Part shown: one piece after another, positions 39,016-49,371 of the stretch
How the letters are laid out: each line of letters opens with the position of its first letter
Numbering within the stretch: the stretch's first letter is position 1
NCBI GenBank assembly: GCA_946630725.1
Contig: CAMOZB010000004.1
Span: forward strand, 50,398 to 114,397
Direction of reading: 5' to 3'
Origin: an uncultured Lachnospiraceae bacterium
Lineage (GTDB): Bacteria; Bacillota; Clostridia; Lachnospirales; Lachnospiraceae
DNA length: 64,000 bases
Notes under the pieces: model-generated
What the model was told of the DNA's origin: nothing
Database searches by the model: none
Seen by the model: the letters and a program-made list of their open reading frames with translations, nothing else
Made by a program: the position numbers and the translations under genes

Positions 39016-42000
39016 GTGAAACATTTAGGTATTGATATAGGATCAACAACCGTAAAAATAGCCATAATCGACGAGGAAAATAACATCCTCTATTCCGAAT
39101 ACAAGAGACACTTTGCCAAGATCAAAGAGACACTGAGAGAGCTTCTTGAAAATGCAATTAAGTCGGTAGGTGATATGGAGGTCGCTGCAGACATAACCGG
39201 TTCAGGTGGTCTCGCACTCTCGAACGTTATCGGAGTTCCATTCGAACAGGAGGTTGTTTGTGTATCAACTGCACTTAAAACCTTTGCACCTAAAACTCAG
39301 GTTGCCATAGAGCTCGGTGGAGAGGACGCAAAGATCATATACTTCTCAAAGAACGGAATTGAGCAGAGAATGAACTCTGTATGCGCTGGTGGTACTGGGT
39401 CTTTTATAGATCAGATGGCTGCTCTCCTTATGACGGATGCTTCCGGACTTAATACTCTGGCCAAGGATTATGATACTATCCATCCTATAGCTGCAAGATG
39501 CGGTGTTTTTGCTAAAACAGATATACAGCCCCTTATCAATGAAGGTGCAACTAAACCGAACCTGTCTGCTTCTATATTCCAGGCAGTAGTCAATCAGACT
39601 ATATCAGGTCTGGCTTGCGGTAAGCCGATAAGAGGCTATGTTGCTTTCCTCGGCGGTCCTCTTCACTTCCTGGATCAGCTTAGAGAGAGATTTATAGATA
39701 CTCTTAATCTCGATGAGGAGCATTCTATAATCCCAGAAAATTCTCATCTTTTCGCAGCGTCCGGCGCTGCACTCCACGCAGATGAGGGAGTAACAATCGG
39801 TCTTAAGGATCTCGCTGAGAAACTTACTCCTGAGCTTAAGATTGAAGTCGAAGTAAACCGTATGGATCCTTTATTCAAGGATAAAGCTGAATATAAAGAA
39901 TTTTCAGACAGGATGTCCAAGTACACCGTTAAACGCGGTGAGCTGAAATCCTATAAAGGAAATGTATTCCTTGGAATAGATGCCGGTTCAACAACAACAA
40001 AGCTCGCTCTTATCGGTGAGGATGGCGAGCTTCTATATGATTTCTATAGTAATAATAATGGTAGTCCTGTAAAAACAACTATCAAGGCTATGAAGGAGAT
40101 ATACTCTCTTCTTCCCAAGGATGCTGTTATCGCAGGAAGCTGTTCTACCGGATACGGCGAGGCACTTCTTAAGTCTGCATTCCAGCTTGATTATGGTGAG
40201 GTTGAAACTATCGCTCACTACACTGCTGCTGCATTCTTTGATCCGAAGGTTGATACCATCCTCGATATCGGTGGTCAGGATATGAAATGTATCAAGATCC
40301 GTGAAGGTGTAGTAGATAATGTAATGCTTAACGAATCCTGTTCTTCAGGCTGCGGATCGTTTATAGAAACATTTGCCAATTCTCTTGATTACAAAGTTCA
40401 GGACTTCGCTAAGATTGCTCTTTTCGCAAAAAGTCCTATAGACCTCGGTTCAAGATGTACTGTATTTATGAATTCAAAGGTTAAGCAGGCACAGAAGGAA
40501 GGTGCTTCTGTTGAGGATATCTCAGCCGGCCTTGCTTATTCAGTTATAAAAAATGCACTTCTCAAGGTTATCAAACTGACTGATCCAAAACAGCTCGGAG
40601 AAAATATCGTTGTTCAGGGTGGTACCTTCTATAATGATGCTGTTCTCCGTGCATTTGAACTTGTTTCAGGTGCCAAGGCTATTCGCCCTGATATCGCTGG
40701 TATCATGGGAGCATTCGGTGCTGCACTTATAGCAAGAGATAACTATACAGAAGATTTTAAGTCAACTACACTTCCTAGCAAGGATGTAGATGAGCTTACA
40801 TATGAAACTCAGATGGCTCGTTGCGGTGGATGTACAAACAACTGCCTGCTTACTATCAATAAGTTCACAGGTAATCGACGTTTCATCACAGGAAACAGAT
40901 GTGAAAAAGGACTTGGTATGAAGAAAAACAAAGAAAACATGCCAAACCTTTATGATTATAAGTATCATCGTATATTTGATTATGAACCTCTTTCTGCTGA
41001 AGAAGCTGTGAGAGGTGAAATTGGTGTACCTCGTGTTCTCAATATGTATGAAAACTATCCGTTCTGGCACACCTTCCTGACCGAGCTTAAGTATAGAGTT
41101 ATACTCTCTCCTAAGTCAGACAAGAATATATATCAGATGGGTATCGAGTCTATCCCAAGTGATACAGAGTGTTACCCGGCCAAAATAAGTCACGGTCATG
41201 TTATGTGGCTTGTTAAGCAGGGACTCAAGCAGATATTCTATCCATGTATTCCTTATGAGAGAAATGAAACTCCTGATGCAAACAATCATTACAACTGCCC
41301 TATCGTTACTTCATATTCTGAGAATATAAAGAACAATATGGAAGAGATTGAAACTGAGCGTATCACATATATACGTCCTTTCCTTGCTCTTGATAACAGA
41401 CTCGCTCTTAAGGATCGTATGTTCAGAGAGTTTTCTAAGTATACAGATGTAACAAAGGAAGAAATAAGTAATGCTATAGATAAAGCATACGAAGAAGCCG
41501 ATCGCGTTAAAGCTGATGTACGTAAGAAGGGTGAAGAAACACTTAAATATATAAATGAAAACGGTAAGGTCGGTATAGTTCTTGCCGGACGTCCATATCA
41601 TATAGATCCTGAAATTAATCACGGTATTCCTGAGCTTATAAACTCTTATGGTGTTGCCGTGCTTTCAGAGGATTCCATCTCACACTTAAGCGATGTAGAG
41701 AGACCTCTTATAGTATCTGACCAGTGGATGTATCATTCCAGACTTTATAAAGCTGCAAACTATGTTAAGACGAAGACAAACCTTGAGCTTGTACAGCTCT
41801 TCTCGTTCGGCTGTGGTCTTGATGCTGTTACAACAGACTGCGTAAAGGATATACTTTCAAATTCAAATAAGATATATACAGTACTTAAAATAGATGAGGT
41901 TTCAAACCTCGGTGCTGCTCGTATACGTATCAGATCACTGCTTTCAGCTATGAAGGTTCGTGAGAAAAAGAATTTCAAGCCGGTTAAATGTTCAACAGCA

Positions 42001-43230
42001 ATAAACAGAGTTGAGTTTACTAAGGATATGAGGGATGATTATACAGTACTCTGTCCTCAGATGTCTCCGATACATTTTAAGATGCTTCAGGCGGCTATGA
42101 AACATTTCCATGTAAACTTTATTATGCTTCCGGATGCAACAAAGCATACGATAGACGAAGGACTCAGATTTGTTAATAACGACGCCTGCTACCCTTCTAT
42201 TATAGTTGTAGGACAGCTTATGGAGGCTATTCAGTCAGGAAAGTACGATGTAGACAAGCTGGCTGTTGCTATCACACAAACCGGTGGAGGTTGCCGTGCA
42301 ACCAACTATATAGGATTTATCAGACGTGCTCTTGAGAAGTCAGGATATGGACAGATTCCTGTTCTTTCTATAAGTGCACAGGGACTTGAGAAGAACTCAG
42401 GTTTCAAGGTTAACCTCAAGGGACTTAAATGTGCTATGCACGCTGTTATGTACGGAGATCTCTTCATGAGAGTAGTTTACAGGACAAGACCATATGAGAA
42501 GGTTCCCGGTTCTGTTAATAAACTTCATAAAAAATGGGAAAGAATCTGTATAAGAGATATAAACCGCGGATCAAAGAACTTCAAGAAGATTGTAAGAGAT
42601 ATCGTTCGAGAATTCGATGAGATACCGCTTAATGAAGAAGTTAGAAAGCCAAGAGTCGGTATCGTCGGAGAGATACTTGTTAAGTTCCTTCCTTCAGCAA
42701 ACAACCACTTGGTTGAGCTGCTTGAAGCTGAAGGTGCTGAGGCTGTTATGCCGGATCTTCTAGACTTCCTCTTCTACAGTGCATATAACAGCAATTATAA
42801 GTACGAATATCTCGGAAAGACAAAGAAGTCTGCAAAGATAAGTAACCTGCTTATCAATATACTTGAAAAGATGAGAAGTCCTATGAGTAAGGCTCTTGAA
42901 AAGTCAAAGCGTTTCGAGCCACCTACACCTATAGCTACTATCGCATCCTACGCAAGACCTATTGTTTCCATCGGAAATGAAACAGGTGAGGGATGGTTCC
43001 TTACAGGAGAAATGATTGAGCTTATCAAGGAAGGTGCTCCAAATATTGTTTGCTGTCAGCCATTTGCATGTCTGCCTAACCACATAATCGGAAAGGGTGT
43101 TATAAAGAAGCTCAGAAATGTATATCCTGACGCCAACATCACTCCTATTGATTTCGATCCGGGTGCTGCAGAAGTTAATCAGATAAACCGTATCAAGCTT
43201 ATGCTCGCTGCCGCAAGAGAAAATATGTGA
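39016..43230 (+). CDS. Fusion protein: two BcrAD/BadFG (HgdC-like) activase ATPase modules + 2-hydroxyacyl-CoA-dehydratase-like/DUF2229 region
   Basis: 1404 aa with a GTG start. There are two ASKHA modules ([22 protein letters not shown]). Each has HgdC-type Cys motifs: VCAGGTGSF and [10 protein letters not shown] in the first, SCSSGCGSF and SRCTVFMNS in the second. A Cys cluster CGGCTNNC..C follows, then a long C-terminal dehydratase-component-like region. Confidence 0.85.
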   Translation: MKHLGIDIGSTTVKIAIIDEENNILYSEYKRHFAKIKETLRELLENAIKSVGDMEVAADITGSGGLALSNVIGVPFEQEVVCVSTALKTFAPKTQVAIELGGEDAKIIYFSKNGIEQRMNSVCAGGTGSFIDQMAALLMTDASGLNTLAKDYDTIHPIAARCGVFAKTDIQPLINEGATKPNLSASIFQAVVNQTISGLACGKPIRGYVAFLGGPLHFLDQLRERFIDTLNLDEEHSIIPENSHLFAASGAALHADEGVTIGLKDLAEKLTPELKIEVEVNRMDPLFKDKAEYKEFSDRMSKYTVKRGELKSYKGNVFLGIDAGSTTTKLALIGEDGELLYDFYSNNNGSPVKTTIKAMKEIYSLLPKDAVIAGSCSTGYGEALLKSAFQLDYGEVETIAHYTAAAFFDPKVDTILDIGGQDMKCIKIREGVVDNVMLNESCSSGCGSFIETFANSLDYKVQDFAKIALFAKSPIDLGSRCTVFMNSKVKQAQKEGASVEDISAGLAYSVIKNALLKVIKLTDPKQLGENIVVQGGTFYNDAVLRAFELVSGAKAIRPDIAGIMGAFGAALIARDNYTEDFKSTTLPSKDVDELTYETQMARCGGCTNNCLLTINKFTGNRRFITGNRCEKGLGMKKNKENMPNLYDYKYHRIFDYEPLSAEEAVRGEIGVPRVLNMYENYPFWHTFLTELKYRVILSPKSDKNIYQMGIESIPSDTECYPAKISHGHVMWLVKQGLKQIFYPCIPYERNETPDANNHYNCPIVTSYSENIKNNMEEIETERITYIRPFLALDNRLALKDRMFREFSKYTDVTKEEISNAIDKAYEEADRVKADVRKKGEETLKYINENGKVGIVLAGRPYHIDPEINHGIPELINSYGVAVLSEDSISHLSDVERPLIVSDQWMYHSRLYKAANYVKTKTNLELVQLFSFGCGLDAVTTDCVKDILSNSNKIYTVLKIDEVSNLGAARIRIRSLLSAMKVREKKNFKPVKCSTAINRVEFTKDMRDDYTVLCPQMSPIHFKMLQAAMKHFHVNFIMLPDATKHTIDEGLRFVNNDACYPSIIVVGQLMEAIQSGKYDVDKLAVAITQTGGGCRATNYIGFIRRALEKSGYGQIPVLSISAQGLEKNSGFKVNLKGLKCAMHAVMYGDLFMRVVYRTRPYEKVPGSVNKLHKKWERICIRDINRGSKNFKKIVRDIVREFDEIPLNEEVRKPRVGIVGEILVKFLPSANNHLVELLEAEGAEAVMPDLLDFLFYSAYNSNYKYEYLGKTKKSAKISNLLINILEKMRSPMSKALEKSKRFEPPTPIATIASYARPIVSIGNETGEGWFLTGEMIELIKEGAPNIVCCQPFACLPNHIIGKGVIKKLRNVYPDANITPIDFDPGAAEVNQINRIKLMLAAARENM

Positions 43231-43244
43231 AAAGGAATAATAAA

Positions 43245-43667
43245 ATGATAAAGTTCAGTGAAGACAGATTATCTGTCGCAGAATACTTAAATCTTCGTAA
43301 ATCAGTCTACTGGCCCGAGCTATCAGAAAGACAAGCTGAGCTTGCACTCGAAAACTGTATGTACTGTATATCTGCATATACAGAAGAAGGAAAGTTAATA
43401 GGAATGGGACGTATAGTCGGTGACGGTGCTGTTGTCTGCTATATCCAGGATCTTATAGTTTTACCCGAATATCATAAACAAGGCGTAGGCTCTGCACTTA
43501 TGATGCATCTCAAGAACTACGTATCATCACTTACAACAAGCGGAGAACGAATCATGCTCTGCCTTATGTGTGCCAAAGGCCGTGAAGGCTTCTACAAAAA
43601 AAATGGGTTCATTCCGAGGCCGACTGAAAGCCTTGGTCCCGGAATGATATTATACATCCAAAAATAA
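43245..43667 (+). CDS. GNAT-family N-acetyltransferase
   Basis: About 140 aa. LIVLPEYHKQGVGSALM is the acetyl-CoA (Q/RxxGxG/A) motif. The track ORF starts at GTG 43227, but ATG 43245 has AAAGGAA upstream. Confidence 0.8.
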   Translation: MIKFSEDRLSVAEYLNLRKSVYWPELSERQAELALENCMYCISAYTEEGKLIGMGRIVGDGAVVCYIQDLIVLPEYHKQGVGSALMMHLKNYVSSLTTSGERIMLCLMCAKGREGFYKKNGFIPRPTESLGPGMILYIQK

Positions 43668-43711
43668 TTGGTAAATTCTTTTTTTTGCGCAACATTTTAT
43701 TTCAACAAAAA

Positions 43712-43887
43712 AACATCTGACTAATACTTTTCGAGGACCTTTCGGGTCTCGGCGCTTAGCGATTCACGAACGTAGTAAAGTGAGAGCTTAGCGAGCGTCA
43801 GCGTCCGCTAGGGGGCGAACAGTCCAGTGAACTGTTCGCAGAAACGGAAGCGAGAGCGATGCCGAGAAAAGTATTAAGTCAGATGTT
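43712..43887. repeat. 176-bp element with 21-bp terminal inverted repeats and GC-rich structured core (MITE-like element or structured sRNA candidate)
   Basis: AACATCTGACTAATACTTTTC (43712-32) pairs with GAAAAGTATTAAGTCAGATGTT (43866-87), with one bulged T. The core is about 57% G+C by my hand count. It holds a perfect 9-bp hairpin (43815-23/43831-39) and GCTTAGCGA twice (43754-62, 43786-94). It lies between convergent gene ends. Confidence 0.6.
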
Positions 43888-43923
43888 ATTTATTTGTAAA
43901 CCAGAAAAAAAGAAATGTCTATT

Positions 43924-44751
43924 CTATAGTCTTACGGAAATACCTTCGTTACGAAGGTATTCTTTAACTACTTTGATTTCCAACTCCTTGAAGTGGAATA
44001 GGGATGCGGCAAGTGCAGCATCAGCTTTACCGTCGACTACGGCATCCTTGAAGTGTTCACAGGTTCCTGCACCGCCCGATGCTATAACAGGAACGTTTAC
44101 AGCTTCTGCTATGGTACGTGTAAGCTCTATATCGTAGCCGGCCTTGGTTCCGTCACAGTCCATGCTGGTAAGGAGTATCTCACCGGCTCCCATTTCTACG
44201 GCTTTAACAGCCCACTCGACGGCATCTATACCCATATCTACTCTTCCACCGTTTTTATATACGGTCCAGCCGTCCTTTGGTGTCCACTCATCGTTTATCT
44301 TGATGCTTTCTGAATAGCTAAGCGATGGATCTGCCGCTTTACCTACTCTTCTTCTACGTGCATCGATTGCCAGAACAACGCACTGACTTCCAAACTTTTC
44401 TGCGGCTTCAGAAATTAGTGTTGGATTATCTATAGCGGCTGAGTTAACTGATATCTTGTCTGCACCTTCACGAAGGATGGCTCTGAAATCCTCTATAGTT
44501 CTTATTCCTCCACCAACGGTAAATGGAATAAATACGGTTTCTGCAACACGTCTGACCATGTCTGTGACTATGGCTCTTTTATCTGACGATGCTGTTATAT
44601 CTAGGAAAACCAGCTCGTCAGCTCCGGCTTTATCATAAGCCTTTCCGCATTCGACCGGATCACCTGCATCAATCAGATCCACAAAATTTACACCCTTTAC
44701 AACTCTTCCGTCCTTGACATCCAGACAGGGAATTATTCGTTTAGTATGCAT
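43924..44751 (-). CDS. hisF: Imidazole glycerol phosphate synthase cyclase subunit
   Basis: 275 aa. [23 protein letters not shown] and the [14 protein letters not shown] and ASGGAG motifs are present. There is an insert of about 20 aa relative to the roughly 253-aa HisF I remember. Confidence 0.92.
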   Translation of the reverse strand: MHTKRIIPCLDVKDGRVVKGVNFVDLIDAGDPVECGKAYDKAGADELVFLDITASSDKRAIVTDMVRRVAETVFIPFTVGGGIRTIEDFRAILREGADKISVNSAAIDNPTLISEAAEKFGSQCVVLAIDARRRRVGKAADPSLSYSESIKINDEWTPKDGWTVYKNGGRVDMGIDAVEWAVKAVEMGAGEILLTSMDCDGTKAGYDIELTRTIAEAVNVPVIASGGAGTCEHFKDAVVDGKADAALAASLFHFKELEIKVVKEYLRNEGISVRL

Positions 44752-45384
44752 TTATTTACCCTCCTCTGTCATTTTAATAAAGTTAGCGAGTATCTTGAGT
44801 CCAACATCTGAGCTTTTCTCAGGGTGGAACTGACATGCCATAACATTAGCCTTTTCAACAGCAGCATCTATCTGAACATTATAGTTAGTTCTGGCAGCAA
44901 CGTCATCAGGATTAGCCGCCTTCAGATAGTATGAGTGAACAAAATATACGTAGGAATTATCAGCTATACCATTAAACAGCTTTGAAGACTTATTTACCTC
45001 TATGCTGTTCCAACCAATATGAGGAACCTTATAATAGTTTCCTTCTGAATCTTCATTAGGTATACGTACTATTTTTCCATCCAAAAGTCCAAGACCTGCT
45101 ATACCCGGAGTCTCTTCGCTCTCCTTAAACATAAGCTGAAGACCGAGACATATACCCAAGAATGGTTTACCGCTATCTGCATAATCATAGATAGTCTGAA
45201 TAAGTTCATAGCTTTTAAGCTTTCCCATAGCATCTCCAAATGAACCAACTCCCGGTAGAATCACTCCTTCACTTGAAAGTATCTCATCCCTGTCTCTGGT
45301 GATGATTGCTTCCTTTCCGAGAAAGTTTATCGCCTTTTCTACACTTTTTATATTTCCTGCATCGTAATCAATAATTGATATCAT
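44752..45384 (-). CDS. hisH: Imidazole glycerol phosphate synthase glutaminase subunit
   Basis: 210 aa. It is a class I GATase with LPGVGSF, the nucleophile motif GICLGLQ and the His-Pro-Glu triad in QFHPEKS. Its stop abuts the hisF ATG. Confidence 0.92.
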   Translation of the reverse strand: MISIIDYDAGNIKSVEKAINFLGKEAIITRDRDEILSSEGVILPGVGSFGDAMGKLKSYELIQTIYDYADSGKPFLGICLGLQLMFKESEETPGIAGLGLLDGKIVRIPNEDSEGNYYKVPHIGWNSIEVNKSSKLFNGIADNSYVYFVHSYYLKAANPDDVAARTNYNVQIDAAVEKANVMACQFHPEKSSDVGLKILANFIKMTEEGK

Positions 45385-45410
45385 AACTTAACCTCTTGCC
45401 ATTATATATA

Positions 45411-45441
45411 AAAAGATAAAGTCTGACATAAATGTCAGACT
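45411..45441 (-). terminator. Intrinsic terminator after the 72-aa gene
   Basis: A perfect 9-bp hairpin AGTCTGACA-TAAA-TGTCAGACT (45420-45441), followed on the minus strand by TTATCTTTTT. Confidence 0.55.
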
Positions 45442-45470
45442 CTACTTTTTTCTCTATTATTAATAATAAT

Positions 45471-45689
45471 TTAGAAATCGTTCTGTGTATTTATGATAGG
45501 GAAAGAACCTGACTCTGTATCATTGAATACATAGTATATTCTATCATCCTCAGGCTTAACATAAACCTCAATTTTCTTAAGGTCAGCTGCTTTTTTACCT
45601 GAATCCTTCCATATCTTCTTAGCCTCAGCTATTACATCTGACTGTAATATCTGCTCGCCATAGAACTCGATATAAATATTCTCCTTCAC
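45471..45689 (-). CDS. Small hypothetical protein
   Basis: A 72-aa ORF with a GGAGGTGG RBS upstream. It lies downstream of the two-component system and I cannot name a family. Confidence 0.5.
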   Translation of the reverse strand: MKENIYIEFYGEQILQSDVIAEAKKIWKDSGKKAADLKKIEVYVKPEDDRIYYVFNDTESGSFPIINTQNDF

Positions 45690-45758
45690 GATTCCACCTC
45701 CTTATGAAATATAAACACTACATGCACAGTTTAACACATAAAATAATCAAAAATCAAG

Positions 45759-47267
45759 TCATACATTTGAATTGTTATCAACTTCAAAGTAGAATACTAC
45801 TCCGTCTTCAACATTATAAGCACCATATTCTTTATCATGACTTTTCATAATCGCGGCCACAATTGAAAGACCGATTCCCGATCCACCGTAGCTTCTGGTT
45901 CTCGCAGGATCAACCTTGTAGAATTTTATAAAAAGCTTTTTCAGACTTTCTTCATCTATTGTATCACCGTAATTATAGACATTGACTCTGACTGTATCCT
46001 TTTTGTCTTCGTACCAGACGCGAATCTCACCATCATCTTTAACATGGTGAATAGCGTTGGATAAATAATTGGTTACAACCTCTTCTATACGAAAGCTGTC
46101 CGCCCAGACAAACTTCTCTTCCTTCTCTTCAAATTTTATATTTACATTTCTGTCCTTTAGTAGAATCGTTGTATTATTTATAACATCCTCGATAAGCTTG
46201 GTAAGATCAAATCTCTCAATGCTTAGATCATTACCGGTTTCTATCTGATTCAAATTAATAAGCCTCATAACCAGCTCATTCATCTTAGTTGCTTCATCAG
46301 ATATGACATCACAGTAATAATTCATTGTCTCTGGATCATCGGCAATTCCTGATTTAAGTCCTTCCGCATAACCTTGAATTATTGCAAGAGGAGTTTTCAA
46401 CTCGTGAGATACATGGGACAAAAATTCTGTTCTCATATCCTCTATCTGTTCCTTCTCCCTCAGGTTATTTGAAAGCTCCAGGTTTGCAGACTTAAGCTCT
46501 GTAATAGACTTCTCCAGCTTATTCGACAGCTCATTCATACTGTCTCCAAGCTCACCAATCTCATCAGAAGATTCAACATTTACCTTCGTACTGAAATCCA
46601 TATTAGACATACGTCTTGCTATACGCGACATCTCTATAATAGGCTTTGAGAACATATTGGTAACTATAAGAACTATAAGTATCTCGAATACAAGAAGTGC
46701 AAAGGATACACTGGCGAATAGTCTGGCAGCAAATGTTATGTTGTCGTGTACTGTCTCAACAGGAGTTCTGAGCACAACAACCAGACCATTATCAAGTATA
46801 CCTACGAGATCATAATAATTTCCCGGAGACTCGCTTGTTACACTCTCAGGATTTACTGTATTCCTTATAACCTTGTACTTCTCTTTTTTTTCAATCATCC
46901 CGTCTACATCGTAATCCTGCAGCAGAGACTTAAGTCCGGTTATTGTACTGTCATTCAGCTTTGCAGATGAATAAACTCTGAAATTATCAGGACTTATAAC
47001 ATATATGGATGCACTGGTCTGATTTTCTATATACCCATCAAGGCTTACTATTTCTTCATTTTCAAGCTTCAGGATATTTTCTTCATCTTGAAAGAACTCA
47101 TTACATGATTTATAAGTTTCAACCAGCATATTCTTGGTATGTGAAACATAAAAACGTTCTATAAAATGATTACTGAGAGCCCAGGATATAAGGATTGTGA
47201 GAAGTGTAGTCAAAAAAACTATAATGGCTATCTTGAACCTTATAGAATGTTTAAACTCTATCTTCAT
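45759..47267 (-). CDS. Sensor histidine kinase (two TM, HAMP, HisKA, HATPase_c)
   Basis: 502 aa with the H-box SHELKTPL. The N and G boxes are visible (NAIHH; GSGIGLSIV). Confidence 0.9.
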   Translation of the reverse strand: MKIEFKHSIRFKIAIIVFLTTLLTILISWALSNHFIERFYVSHTKNMLVETYKSCNEFFQDEENILKLENEEIVSLDGYIENQTSASIYVISPDNFRVYSSAKLNDSTITGLKSLLQDYDVDGMIEKKEKYKVIRNTVNPESVTSESPGNYYDLVGILDNGLVVVLRTPVETVHDNITFAARLFASVSFALLVFEILIVLIVTNMFSKPIIEMSRIARRMSNMDFSTKVNVESSDEIGELGDSMNELSNKLEKSITELKSANLELSNNLREKEQIEDMRTEFLSHVSHELKTPLAIIQGYAEGLKSGIADDPETMNYYCDVISDEATKMNELVMRLINLNQIETGNDLSIERFDLTKLIEDVINNTTILLKDRNVNIKFEEKEEKFVWADSFRIEEVVTNYLSNAIHHVKDDGEIRVWYEDKKDTVRVNVYNYGDTIDEESLKKLFIKFYKVDPARTRSYGGSGIGLSIVAAIMKSHDKEYGAYNVEDGVVFYFEVDNNSNV

Positions 47268-47944
47268 TAATCAACCTCAAACTTATAACCTACCGCCCTA
47301 ATGGTCTTAATATATGAACCCTTCTCTCCGAGCTTTGCTCTGAGCTTTTTTACATGAGTATCTATAGTTCTGGCATCACCGAAATAATCGTAATTCCAAA
47401 CTCTGTTAAGTATATTATCTCTCGTAAGAGCTCTGCCCTGATTTGTAAGGAAATACTCAAGAAGCTCAAACTCCTTGAAGGAAAGCTCTATCTCCTGTCC
47501 ATCAACAGTAACCTTATGAGCAACATTATCTATAACTATACCGCCGGCCTCAATGTTGTTAGCAGCTATATCTGTTTTTGATCTTCTGAGAACAGCCTCT
47601 ACCCTTGCTACAAGAATCTTCGGATTAAATGGCTTGGTTATATACTCATCGATTCCTATCTCGAAGCCCTTAAGTTCATCCATCTCTGTTGATTTAGCAG
47701 TTACCATGATGATCGGTACATCAGAATTATTCCTTATCTCACGGCTGGCACTGTATCCATCCATAACAGGCATCATAACATCCATTATGACAAGTGCTAT
47801 ATCTTTATTGGAATTAAATACATCACAGGCTTCCTTGCCGTCTGCGGCTTCTATGACCAGATAGCCGTTCTTTACGAGGAAATCTCTGACCAGCTTTCTC
47901 ATTCTTTCTTCATCATCAACCACAAGTATTTTGATATCGTTCAT
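47267..47944 (-). CDS. OmpR/PhoB-family response regulator
   Basis: The start is trimmed to ATG 47944, with GGGAGG 7 nt upstream. This gives MNDIKILVVDDE.., because a terminator hairpin occupies the longer track ORF's 5' end. A receiver domain (DVMMP, TAKS) is followed by a winged helix (VGYKF). It has a TAATG overlap with the kinase gene. Confidence 0.9.
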   Translation of the reverse strand: MNDIKILVVDDEERMRKLVRDFLVKNGYLVIEAADGKEACDVFNSNKDIALVIMDVMMPVMDGYSASREIRNNSDVPIIMVTAKSTEMDELKGFEIGIDEYITKPFNPKILVARVEAVLRRSKTDIAANNIEAGGIVIDNVAHKVTVDGQEIELSFKEFELLEYFLTNQGRALTRDNILNRVWNYDYFGDARTIDTHVKKLRAKLGEKGSYIKTIRAVGYKFEVD

Positions 47945-47965
47945 GTGTAACCTCCCGTTCATCAT

Positions 47966-47997
47966 ATAAGAAAAAGCAGATGAAAAACTCATCTGCT
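47966..47997 (-). terminator. Intrinsic terminator ending the trmD-lipoprotein transcription unit
   Basis: An AGCAGATGA-(5 nt loop)-TCATCTGCT hairpin (47975-47997), followed on the minus strand by TTTTTCTT. Confidence 0.65.
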
Positions 47998-48038
47998 TTC
48001 TATTATAAAACTTTTTTCTTTGTCTGTCGATGATTCAT

Positions 48039-48617
48039 CTACTCACCATCCGCATCAGATGATGTAGCATCAGTCATGGTAGTTGTCTGGAACTCACCAA
48101 CAATTGTAATACCATAGCTTTCACAGAGCTTCTTTAACTCATCCTGATACATACCGAGATATGTCTTGGAATCCTCAATTGCCTGCTGAGCATCTGCTAG
48201 CTTAGTTGAATCAACTGCATTTATAGCATCAACAACATACTGGATGGCATCTCTCTGATACTTAGCTGACTTCTCATAGAGATCCTTAAGATTCTGAACA
48301 TCTGAATTAGTATAAGTAAGTGCAGCAAGCTTCTCAAGATATGCATCATATGATGTAAGTGCATCATTCTCAAGCTGACTCTTCCATGTTTCGGAATCTA
48401 TATCAGCACCGCTTTCGAAATAATCATTATAGATTTTAACAGCGCTGTCTCTTTCTGCAGCAATTCCCGGAAGATCCTCATTAACAAGCTTAACAATCTC
48501 TTCCTGAGAGTTTACCCCTGTCTTCTCTGCTTCGGTTTTCTCTTCTTTATCACCACAGCCTACAACAGTAAATACCATAAGAGCTGTAAGAAGAAGAGCC
48601 AAAAGTCTTTTTTTCAT
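48039..48617 (-). CDS. Lipoprotein, function unknown
   Basis: 192 aa with a signal peptide and lipobox (VVGCGD). The mature part is predicted helical. Confidence 0.6.
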   Translation of the reverse strand: MKKRLLALLLTALMVFTVVGCGDKEEKTEAEKTGVNSQEEIVKLVNEDLPGIAAERDSAVKIYNDYFESGADIDSETWKSQLENDALTSYDAYLEKLAALTYTNSDVQNLKDLYEKSAKYQRDAIQYVVDAINAVDSTKLADAQQAIEDSKTYLGMYQDELKKLCESYGITIVGEFQTTTMTDATSSDADGE

Positions 48618-48623
48618 AATTCT

Positions 48624-49370
48624 TTACCTCTCAATTTCCTCATTTACAACATTCTCGATTTTATCACATATATCATTTTGTGTCAAAAATCTTTCATACA
48701 TATCAGGTCTGAGCTCTTTTGTCCTCTTGATCGACTGGTCCCTGCGCCATTCATTTATCAGCTTATGATTTCCTGACAGAAGAACCTCAGGAACCTTAAG
48801 TCCCTCATATTCAGGAGGTCTGGTATACTGAGGATATTCCAGCAGATTTTGATAAAATGACTCATATACAGCACTATCATCACTTCCAAGAACATCCGGA
48901 AGAAGCCTGGTAATGGCATCTATCATCATAATAGCCGGAAGCTCTCCGCCTGTAAGCACAAAATCACCTATAGAAACAGGCTCAGGATTAATAAGCTCTA
49001 TAGCTCTCTCATCAATTCCCTCATAATGACCACAGAGAAAAACCAGATTTTCACTTTTGCTCAGGTCTTCTGCCATCTTCTGGTCAAATGTTTTGCCGAG
49101 TGGTGACATATAAAGCACCCTTGTCTTTTCACCGCTTACTCTGGTCATGAGATCCTTATAGCACAGCCATACAGGCTCCACCTGCATAAGCATGCCCGAT
49201 CCGCCACCATATATATAATCATCTACATGTCTGGACTTATTCTGGGCATAATCCCTTATATTAATAGATTCAAGATGTATAAGCTCTTTTTCAAGAGCCC
49301 TTCCTGTTATACTGTGACTCAGTGTTGAGTCAATCATTTCAGGAAAAAGCGTCATAACATAATAATTCAT
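48624..49370 (-). CDS. trmD: tRNA (guanine37-N1)-methyltransferase
   Basis: 248 aa with a TrmD fold. Motifs include GRALEK, DDYIYGGGSGMLM and CGHYEGIDER. Confidence 0.95.
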   Translation of the reverse strand: MNYYVMTLFPEMIDSTLSHSITGRALEKELIHLESINIRDYAQNKSRHVDDYIYGGGSGMLMQVEPVWLCYKDLMTRVSGEKTRVLYMSPLGKTFDQKMAEDLSKSENLVFLCGHYEGIDERAIELINPEPVSIGDFVLTGGELPAIMMIDAITRLLPDVLGSDDSAVYESFYQNLLEYPQYTRPPEYEGLKVPEVLLSGNHKLINEWRRDQSIKRTKELRPDMYERFLTQNDICDKIENVVNEEIER

Positions 49371-49371
49371 T

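Noticed and set aside
43712-43887. The inverted-repeat element as an ordinary bidirectional terminator for the GNAT and hisF genes.
   Set aside because: A 21-bp closing stem enclosing about 130 nt of additional structured, GC-rich sequence is not terminator-like. No U-tract directly follows the stem on either strand. Termination may still occur nearby, but it does not explain the element.
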